DNA of 64,000 bases from NCBI GenBank assembly GCA_002269645.1, contig NIVC01000845.1, positions 248,001-312,000 on the forward strand, given 5' to 3'. The notes beneath the pieces were generated by a model. The model saw only the letters and a list, made by a program, of their open reading frames with translations. It searched no databases and was not told the DNA's origin. Below are positions 1 through 10,200 of this stretch, one piece after another; position 1 is the stretch's first letter; every line of letters starts with the position of its first letter. The translations under genes were made by a program, and so were the position numbers. This stretch comes from Macrostomum lignano (Eukaryota).

Positions 1-196
1 TGGTTAATGTCTCTCGTGAGGTCTCAATTCTCAGTTGGTTAATGTCGCTCGTGAGGTCTCAATTCTCAGTTGGTTAATCTCTCGTGAGGTCTCAATTCTC
101 AGTTGGTTAATGTCTCTCGTGAGGTCTCAATTCTCAGTTGGTTAATGTCTCTCGTGAGGTCTCAATTCTCAGTTGGTTAATGTCTCTCGTGAGGTC
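1..196. repeat. 35-bp minisatellite (tggttaatgtctctcgtgaggtctcaattctcagt)n, truncated by the window edge
   Basis: About 5.5 near-identical copies read directly. Confidence 0.95.
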
Positions 197-884
197 TGGT
201 GCGGGGCTGAAGTGCATACTCTGCTGTCATTCGAAGTTGCTTAATTACAAGTATTTTTAGAATTCGAAGCTTTCATTTTACAGAACTATAAAGCTGCAAC
301 TTTAGCATATTACGTATGAGCTAAATTTAGAACTCAAGTGTGCAACTTTAATGATTTAGTACCTAGTCGTCTTTAAACTGTGGTTATGGTTCGCCATCTA
401 AGTCTAAACAACTTAAAGAAAGTTGCTTCAAATCATTCTCTATACACTTCAATAATCATACTGGATAGTACCCTGTCTGGATACTTTTTGCAATGCTTGA
501 TATTAGTAGGAGACACTGCTACAAGTTCAGTAACTCACTGTACGATTTCATTACAACCAGTTTGGCTGTACCCAATTAGTGATTACAGATGGCTCTAGTG
601 CTGCACTGGATTCACGGGGCTGAGACAGACTTATGCGCCTTTTCGAGCTTGTGAAAGAATTATTGCTTTAGTTTCTTTGATGCTCTGCTAATATCCTTAG
701 CTGTAATTTATTAATCTTAATACTACTGCAAGTGTACTACTGCAAACCTAGAAGCACCAGTAGTGTATTTCTTGCGCTATTGTAAAATAATAATAAAACA
801 TGTAATGCGGGTTTTTAATGGTAAAATTTTTAATCATACTAAACACGTTGCGATGCTACTTTACAGCTAAATAGCCAAATCCAA

Positions 885-890
885 TTTATT
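885..890 (-). promoter_or_regulatory. Candidate polyadenylation signal (AATAAA on minus strand) for OGG1
   Basis: TTTATT on the plus strand about 130 nt past the OGG1 stop codon. Confidence 0.45.
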
Positions 891-1018
891 TGCTACCGGC
901 TTGCCTATAAAATCAATTTTTTTAACATTATCCAAGTTGAAATGCAGAGTATTGCAAGCAGATTCAGTTCCATAGATGAAAAACGCATCAAGCACCACTG
1001 TAAGTAGTATGAGCTTCT

Positions 1019-3212
1019 TTATCTCTTGCGCTTTCTAGTTCCCTGTCCGGATTTAGCAGGAGGCCTCTCAGCTTCGAGCTTCTTCGATTCAACCTCACCA
1101 TCAGCGGCGGCGTCGGCAGGTGTCTCAGTCGATAATGACGCCGGCTTGACCTCATCAACAATGGCGGGCGACTTCAAATGCTGGAATCTGGCCAAGTCTG
1201 CAGCGAACAGGACGGTGTGCGCCCAGCCGGCGTGCGGCTGCCACAGGCTGGGGAAGAAGTCGCTAATTGATTGATAGGCCGACTCGGTCAGGCTCTTTGT
1301 GGAGGCTGGTAGGCCGTACAGGCTGCGAGCGATTCGCATCACGTGCACATCCACTGGCACCAGGTGCAGCTGGTCCAGCGACATCAGGCAGACGCAATCG
1401 GCCACTTTACGGCCAACCCCGGTGAATTCTTTGGTGAGGCAGCGTCGGATCTCGTCTGGCTGCGCCGAGCCGCGCAGGCTGTGCAGCCAATCGGCGCCGC
1501 CCAGGTCGAGCAGCCGCCTGGCGCTCTCGACTACAAATTTGGCGCGATAGCCGAAGCCCAACTCGCGGAGTCGCGGTTCCGCCTCTGGTGAGCACAGGGC
1601 CGACAGCTGCAGAGCGGCGGGGCGAGGCGCGAGGCATGCAACAGTGGAGCTGTTGGGGTGGTGGGTGCTGCCCTGGATTCCCGGGACTGATGGGGTGGTG
1701 GGTGCTGCTGCCCTGGATTCCCGGGACTGATGATGTGGTGGTGGGTGCTGCTGCCCTGGATTCCCGGGACTGATGGGGTGGTGGGTGCTGCTGCCTTGGA
1801 TTCCCGGGACTGATGATGGGGTGGCAGGTGCTGCTGCCCTGGATTCCCGGGACTGATGATGGGGTGGTAGGTGCTGCTGCCCTGGATTCCCGGGACTGAT
1901 GATGGGGTGGTAGGTGCTGCTGCCCTGGATTCCCGCGACTGATGATGGGGTGGTGGGTGCTGCTGCCCTGGATTCCTGCGACTGATGATGGGGTGGTGGG
2001 TGCTGCTGCCCTGGATTCCCGCGACTGATGATGGGGTGGTAGGTGCTGCTGCCCTGGATTCCCGCGACTGATGATGGGGTGGTGGGTGCTGCTGCCCTGG
2101 ATTCCTGGGACCGATGATGGGGTGGTGGGTGCTGCTGCCCTGGATTCCTAGGGCTGATAGGGTAGGCTATAACCTCCTAGATTCCCGGTGCTCACCTGGG
2201 GAAAGCCGTGGTACTCGCGGCCGTCAACAATGCAAATTTGCTGGCCAAAATGTTTGCACAATTTCTCAACCAGCTGACTAATCCGGGCAATATTGTTGTT
2301 AGACGAGCAGATGAAGCTGAATAAATTCTCCAGCGGTTGCTGACGTAACAGGCGCACGCGGACGTCAGGGAACTGGCTGCATACTGAGCGGAACACCGGG
2401 TCCGAGGCGCTCCAACCAGCGTACAGGCTCTCCAGGGTGGGACCGTTCAATCGGAGATAGTCCTCCAGCACCTGCTGGTCCGAGGCGGCGCTGCTGGATG
2501 GCGGATAGACCTGCGGATTGTAGGGGACAGGCGAATGCTGAGAATATGGGAGTCAGGGTGTGACTGTTTGATCAGGCTGGAGATCTTGGATTCCACTAGC
2601 CGATGACTGGGGATCTGGGATCTCAGGATTTTTTATCTTAGGATCTGAAATCTCAGTATCCGGAAACTCCGGATCTTTGATCTCATGGTCTCTGTTTGAT
2701 CTCAGGAACTGGAATCGCGGGATCTGGGATCGCGGGATCTGGGATCTCAGGATCTGGAATCTCACGATGAGATGGGATCTCACGATCTGGGATCTCACGA
2801 TTTTTGATCTTAGGATCTCGAATCTCAGGATCTTTGATCTCAGGATCTGGGACCTCAGGATCTGGTATCTCGGGATCTGGAAACCCAGGATCTGAAAGCT
2901 CAGGATCTGGAATCTCAGGATCTGGTATCTCAGGTTGCAACGAAAGATAAAAGTCACTATCACATCACGACACACCTGAAACTCGATGCACGCCTCATTG
3001 GGCCGCCGCAGAAGCCACACCTTATCGGCGTGAACCCCGGCCCAGTAGCCCTCCTGTTCCAGCTGGCGCCAGCGGAAGCTCTGCCCGCAGGCCAGAGTGA
3101 CGCCAAGGTTCAGCTCGGAAGCCGGACAGGAGAGCGAGTGCCAGGCGTTGCCCGAGCTGGCAAAAACCTTCGGCGCAGCATCTGCCGCCGCCTTTTTCAG
3201 CTTTCTCAACAT
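1019..3212 (-). CDS. OGG1: 8-oxoguanine DNA glycosylase/AP lyase, 3 exons: 3212-2976, 2510-2196, 1606-1019 (379 aa)
   Basis: N-terminal LNLGVTLACGQSFRW; VRLLRQQPLENLFSFICSSNNNIARI; LGFGYRAKFV; HhH-GPD motif GVGRKVADCVCLMSLD..VPVDVH with the catalytic Lys and Asp; AGWAHTVLF; basic C-terminus RKRKR (NLS-like). Both introns are GT..AG, phase 0, and keep the frame open. Confidence 0.97.
1650..2150. repeat. 40-43-bp minisatellite (tgatgatggggtggtgggtgctgctgccctggattcccg[c/g]gac)n filling OGG1 intron 2
   Basis: About 12 tandem copies read directly. Confidence 0.95.
2575..2935. repeat. Degenerate 7-mer-based array (gggatct/aggatct/ctcag) in OGG1 intron 1
   Basis: Recurrent GGATCT heptamer periodicity; source of the spurious PEIPD/RFQIL ORFs. 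Confidence 0.9.
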
Positions 3213-3296
3213 GAATTGGATTGATATGAGTCAGTGATAACACAGATACAACAATCGTAGTAATAATTCATCAATTTTTAGATGCATTCCAGACTA

Positions 3297-3605
3297 TCTT
3301 TAGAACAAAAATCGATAGATTTCCCTTTTAACAACCTAGAAGGCAGTCATTCGCTATGGTTTTCCGTGCTATTTTTAGAACCAAATCGATAGATTTCCCT
3401 TTACACAACCTAGAAGGCAGTTCCTCACTAAGGTTTTCCGTGCTATTTTTAGAACCAAATCGATAGATTTCCCTTTACACAACCTAGAAGCCAGTTCCTC
3501 ACTAAGGTTTTCCGTGCTATTTTTAGAATCAAAATCGATAGATTTCCCTTTACACAGCCCGAAGGAAGCACTTCGCTATGGTTTCCCGGGTTATTTTTAG
3601 AACAA
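3297..3605. repeat. 74-75-bp tandem repeat (about 4 copies) immediately upstream of the OGG1 ATG
   Basis: TAGAA[C/T] recurs at about 3301, 3376, 3450, 3524 and 3598; the four full units carry aatcgatagatttccc. Confidence 0.92.
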
Positions 3606-4371
3606 GAAATTCTCACTTTTCAGTGATATTTTTTTCTTTAATTATGCAATTTTTTACACTTTTGCAAGCAATTTTTTGCAGGGAATTCCCTTAAAATCTT
3701 TAAGAACTAGGCAAGATGGCCCCTCAAAACTGTTAAGTACCAGCTGACAACCTAATAATAAATAAATGAGTAAATAACAAGACAAAAGACTGACCAATTA
3801 TGTCAAACTGCAAAGCATTATTAAAGAAATGACAGTTGAAAGAAATGACTCAATAGAAAAAGCACAAAAGATTTCCAAGTTTATTAGTCATACATAGTAT
3901 ACATTATTGCAAATTTGTTGAACAAGAACTGTACTGGTTTCTATACTCAAGTTTTAGTAGTCTATTTAGCAAATGTGCGCTTATCTATAATTGCGCAAAT
4001 AACAATGAATTAGGCGTGTATTGATAGAACAGCCATCATTAGGGATTGCTTTTAGAATTTAAAATAGGAGATAACGGAGAAGGAATAGGAGGAATCTGAA
4101 ACATCTTTGGCTGCTAATATGAAATAGGGGCACTTTGGATTTGCCAAAAGCTTTGTTATAAACAATGTATTAGATAAAGCTTACTACTATGAGGTACGTA
4201 CTGCAATATTGCAAAATCTATCGGAACACGAGATTCTAACATTCAGTTATCAATATCGAATGATGAAGCGTCGCTCAGCCAGGAGGCAGCATTTCGGATC
4301 TGTATGGGTCAAAAGTTTGAAGATTCTGGGAAACATTTCTGAAACCTCTAGATCGATATTTTTAACACCTG

Positions 4372-5843
4372 TAGATCGTGATTGCTTAACCTGTAGATAT
4401 CAGGATTGCTTAACCTCTAGGATTGCTTAACCTCTAGAGATCAGGATTGCTTAACCTCTAGAGATCAGGATTGTTTAACCTCTAGAGATCAGGATTGCTT
4501 AACCTGTAGAGATCAGGATTGCTTAACCTCTAGATATCAGGATTGCTTAACCTCTAGAGATCAGGATTGCTTAACCTCTAGGATTGCTTAACCTCTAGAT
4601 ATCAGGATTGCTTAACCTCAAGAGATCAGGATTGCTTAACCTGTAGAGATCAGGATTGCTTAACCTGTAGAGATCAGGATTGCTTAACCTCTAGATATCA
4701 GGATTGTTTAACCTCTAGGATTGCTTAACCTCTAGATATCAGGATTGCTTAACCTCTAGAGATCAGGATTGCTTAACCTCTAGAGATCAGGATTGCTTAA
4801 CCTCTAGAGATAAGGATTGTTTAACCTCTAGATATCAGGATTGCTTAACCTCTAGATATCAGGATTGCCTAACCTCTAGAGATCAGGATTGCTTAACCTC
4901 TAGATATCAGGATTGCCTAACCTCTAGAGATCAGGATTGTTTAACCTCTAGATATCAGGATTGCCTAACCTCTAGAGATCAGGATTGTTTAACCTCTAGA
5001 TATCAGGATTGCTTAACCTCTAGAGATCAGGATTGCTTAACCTCTAGAGATAAGGATTGTTTAACCTCTAGATATCAGGATTGCTTAACCTCTAGAGATC
5101 AGGATTGCTTAACCTCTAGAGATCAGGATTGTTTAACCTCTAGGATTGCTTAACCTCTAGATATCAGGATTGCTTAACCTCTAGAGATCAGGATTGCTTA
5201 ACCTCTAGAGATAAGGATTGTTTAACCTCTAGAGATAAGGATTGTTTAACCTCTAGATATCAGGATTGTTTAACCTCTAGGATTGCTTAACCTCTAGAGA
5301 TCAGGATTGCCTAACCTCAAGAGATCAGGATTGTTTAACCTCTAGATATCAGGATTGCTTAACCTCTAGATATCAGGATTGCTTAACCTCTAGAGATCAG
5401 GATTGCTTAACCTCTAGAGATAAGGATTGTTTAACCTCTAGAGATAAGGATTGTTTAACCTCTAGAGATAAGGATTGTTTAACCTCTAGATATCAGGATT
5501 GCCTAACCTCTAGAGATCAGGATTGTTTAACCTCTAGAGATCAGGACTGCTTAACCTCTAGAGATCAGGACTGCTTAACCTCTAGAGATCAGGATTGTTT
5601 AACCTCTAGGATTGCTTAACCTCTAGAGATCAGGATTGCCTAACCTCAAGAGATCAGGATTGTTTAACCTCTAGAGATCAGGACTGCTTAACCTCTAGAG
5701 ATCAGGATTGTTTAACCTGTAGAGATCAGGATTGTTTAACCTCTAGAGATCAGGATTGTTTAACCTCTAGAGATCAGGATTGCTTAACCTCTAGAGATCA
5801 GGATTGTTTAACCTGTAGAGATCAGGATTGCTTAACCTCAAGA
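4372..5843. repeat. 24-bp minisatellite (gagatcaggattgcttaacctcta)n with occasional shorter deletion variants
   Basis: About 60 copies read directly. Confidence 0.97.
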
Positions 5844-6661
5844 TTGCTATTTTGAAAAGAACAAATAAACCATTAAATTGTTTTCATTCGCTAAATAAGG
5901 AAGCTAAAAAACATATCTGAATATTGGGGATTAACATTTATCAATAACAAATATTAGCTCAGCAATGTGTAACTACATGAAGCAGTGGGCAAACACGAAG
6001 GAACAGTGTAAATTATTCTAACAAAAATGCACCATTCGGTCTAACATGTACTAAACTCAAAGCTTCTTTATAATATCCAGCTTCCTTACCTTACAAGATA
6101 ATTCTTATATAGTGAACTACAATTGCCAATTATTAAATTGATCTCAATCTCAATAAAGCATCAGTCAAAGTCCATCAGCTGTGGGGAATGTCAAATTTTG
6201 ATTGATGCTATCTACATCTCAAAACATAATAAATTTAGATACAGAAACACAATATAAGAGCGTACTAATGACAAGGGCATTGATCATGCAACACTAACAA
6301 GCGGATGTACAGGGAGACAATCCATCCTGCTATCCAAATACTTATACAAAATATTAGAAAACATAATTTATATCAAATAGGGGTTGACTGAACCAATTTG
6401 ACAAGCCTAATACATGCAAAACTGTTCACGTCGATTGTAAACTTTTAAATTATTACTACAAATAACAATATATAACATGATAATTAATATTATTATCAAT
6501 AATTTTAGAGGTTAACAAACAAAACAAGTCTGCAGAGCAGTCGCAAAGTTAGACTGTGAAATAAGTTAGCAGAATGTTTAAAGAACAAAAACTAAGGAAT
6601 CACCAAGCTCGACGTAGATAAGAATGAGCGAACTGTGCAACCGTGAATGCGGGAACCGTGA

Positions 6662-6696
<35 letters not shown>

Positions 6697-6698
6697 AC

Positions 6699-6774
<76 letters not shown>

Positions 6775-6803
6775 AAACGACAGACAGACAGACAGACAGA
6801 CAC

Positions 6804-6854
<51 letters not shown>

Positions 6855-6881
6855 CACAGACAGAGAGACAGACAGACAGAC

Positions 6882-6912
<31 letters not shown>

Positions 6913-6913
6913 C

Positions 6914-6968
<55 letters not shown>

Positions 6969-7001
6969 CACAGACAGACAGACAGACACACAGACAGACA
7001 C

Positions 7002-7056
<55 letters not shown>

Positions 7057-7079
7057 CACAGACAGATAGACACACAGAC

Positions 7080-7118
<39 letters not shown>

Positions 7119-7125
7119 CAGACAA
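6662..7125. repeat. (CAGA)n microsatellite
   Basis: Direct. Confidence 0.98.
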
Positions 7126-7285
7126 GCAATAAAAACAGTGAGTCAAGTAGGAGGGAAAGACGCAGTTCTCAAGCAGTACACAGCAGACACAGAGCAGGAG
7201 CAAAAATACTTATTATCAGTAGTCGCCTCTCTTCTACAATATTGGAAGTGCCGCAGGCTAAGGCAGCGTAGGACATCGACAAAAA

Positions 7286-10200
7286 TCAGTCGCTCACTTC
7301 GGCTCCTTCCTCAGCATCTGCTGGTAGTACAGCGGCCTCTGAAAAGATTAATTTTAGACAGAGGAGGTCGTTAGAGAGACAAATAATTGCCAAATTTATG
7401 GCTACTTTTATAAGCTATGAAATTCATCACTACTCATTGTAGCTTCAATTGCCACCGCAATGAATTAATTTATCAACTGCACAAAAAAACAAATCAAGTA
7501 TTAAATCGCTTTACTACTTATTAACAGTAGTTATAGCCCTATTTAACAGTTAAAATTTAACTTGCCACTGTTACAGCGGCAATCAAAATCTGATTAAGAA
7601 TTGATTGAATCAGACGCTACCAGTACACAAATCAAGGTCATTCGAATCCAATGCTATATACATAGTATTATATATTATTACTAATAGCTTCAATTCCGAC
7701 GACCATAGCAAAGTGACATAACCGATTTGCGCGACTTTGCTAATCCGGATTTTCGTTTCTGGCGACGACAAAAAAGTTGAAGAGAGAATAAAACTTGATA
7801 AGTGGATAATGATCACGCACCCATGTTATTAAGCACTCTATTGTTAGCGAACGGCCCAGTATTAGACTCATTAATTAGAAACATAATGAGAAGTTATTTA
7901 GCACGAGCTCTAAAACACACTCAAAGTTAGAACACTAATGATTGTTGACTGCATCACTAACTATATTAACAATAACTGTTGTCTCCATTTTCTGATTGAG
8001 AATCCGGATTAACAACATCATCTGACTGTTGTTGTTGTTGCTTTTGCTGCTGTTGTTGCTGCTTCCAGAAGGCAGACGAGCGAGCGGCGGCGGCGGCTCC
8101 ACGCCCGCCTCTTGCTCCGCCTCGTCGGCTCCGTTTCCACGTGTGCTGATGCTGATGGCGCTGTAAAGCAGTGCGCTACTGTGCGAGCAACAGTGTCTAT
8201 GGGGTGAAGCTGGACACTGAGGATTCGAGCATCTGAAGCATCTGAGCACTTCCTGACCGATGCTTCAGGATTGGCTACTCCCTAACCAGATGCTTCAGGA
8301 TTGGCTACTCCCTAACCAGATGTTTCAGTATTGGCTACTCCCTAACCAGATGCTTCAGGATTGGCTACTCCCTAACCAGATGTTTCAGGATTGGCTACTC
8401 CCTAACCAGATGTTTCAGTATTGGCTACTCCCTAACCAGATGCTTCAGGATTGGCTACTTCCTAACCAGATGCTTCAGGATTGGCTACTCCCTAACCAGA
8501 TGCTTCAGTATTGGCTACTCCCTAACCAGATGCTTCAGGATTGGCTACTTCCTAACCAGATGCTTCAGGATTGGCTACTCCCTAACCAGATGTTTCAGGA
8601 TTGGCTACTCCCTAACCAGATGCTTCAGTATTGGCTACTCCCTAACCAGATGCTTCAGGATTGGCTACTTCCTAACCAGATGCTTCAGGATTGGCTACTC
8701 CCTAACCAGATGCTTCAGGATTGGCTAAAATGATGCTTCAGCATTGGCTACTTCCTAACCAGATGCTTCAGGATTGGCTAAAATGATGCTTCAGCATTGG
8801 CTACTTCCTAACCAGATGCTTCAGGATTGGCTAAAATGATGCTACCCATTACAGTTGAAGAGAAACCTACATGCACAGAACCGGCAGCAGAGGAGGCTCC
8901 GGCTCGCTGCATCGACTGCTGCTGCTGCTGCTGCTGCAACTGTGGAATGCCATGCAGACTGTACGGATGATGCTGCAAGTGCATTGGCGCCATCATGCCG
9001 GCCTGGTTGGCTGCGGCAAACTGCTGCTGCTGCTGCTGGTGATGCCGCTGCTGATTCAAGTAAGCGGCGGCTGCAGCGGCGGCAGCGGCCGAATGCGACT
9101 GCTGCGGCTGCGGAGGCGGGCTGGCCACCAAAGGCGCCGGAGGACTGACGACATACCTGCGAGTCTTCTCCATCTCTAGATCCTCCAGCTGCTGGGTGAG
9201 CGCCAGTTTCTGTTGGATAGCCATTCGCAGCAGGGAATTAAGCGTCTTCTTCTCCTCTTCGGCGGCCTGCACCTGACGCTGCAGTTCGTCCATCTGGGTG
9301 ACGTACTCCTCGCAGCGCTGAGCAAACATCGCCCGCAGGCTGGCAAACGTGGCGGCGTCTTCTTTTAAAGCGCGAAGTTCGCCGCGCAGTTTGAGCATAG
9401 TATCAGTTACTAGGCACTTCTCGTTCTCGTATTTCTGTTTGAGATTGGCCAGCGCCACCTCCGCTGTGTTCTTATTGGTCTTGAGCACGCCTCGCAGAGC
9501 GGCAATCTGCTCTCGCTTGGCTAGCAGCACCGCCCGCAGCTTGGCATTCTGATCCCGCAGCTCCGCCATGTGCTCTGCCTCCGCTTCGCTGCCAACGTCG
9601 CCGCCGCCGTGTTCGCCGACGCCGCCGTTGCCACCGTCGCTGTTGGAGCTGCTTCTCCGTTCCAGCGCTTCAGCAAGATGTCGACGCAACAGACGGAGCA
9701 GGTCGCACTGCCGCTGCTGCTCCTGGGCCAGCTGTTCGGCCGCGTCCGCTGCCGTTGTGGCCGCCGCCACGGTGCCGGCATTGTCGACGTCTTCGTTTGT
9801 TGGCGTCGTTGGCGCCTCGTCGGCTGGGACCGAAGCTTCGAGACTCGGCTGCAGAAGGGAAGAAGGCAATGCAATAATCATTTCTCAGGTGGCGAAATCA
9901 CACTTGAGATATCAGACACTCAAACAGAGAAATCACTAACAGGATCTCTAATATCAATAGAATCTTGATAATCATCATTCCAGCCGGGGAAATCACTAAT
10001 AGAACCTAGATAATCATCATTCCAGTCGGAGAAATCACTAATAGAACTTAGATAATCATCATTCCAGTCGGAGAAATCACTAATAGAACCTAGATAATCA
10101 TCATTCCAGTCGGAGAAATCACTAATAGAACCTAGATAATCATCATTCCAGTCGGAGAAATCACTAATAGAACCTAGATAATCATCATTCCAGTCGGGGA

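Noticed and set aside
4372-5843. CRISPR-like appearance of regular 24-43-bp repeats, here and elsewhere
   Set aside because: The units are head-to-tail with no unique spacers, there are no cas genes, and the context is eukaryotic.
6578-7374. Overlapping LSVC/TDRQ ORFs, also at 27938-28810, 42452-43643, 49649-50513 and 61404-61994
   Set aside because: Tetranucleotide microsatellite translations.
8260-8733. 157-aa [10 protein letters not shown] repeat ORF
   Set aside because: Translation of the 30-bp array, antisense to BicD.
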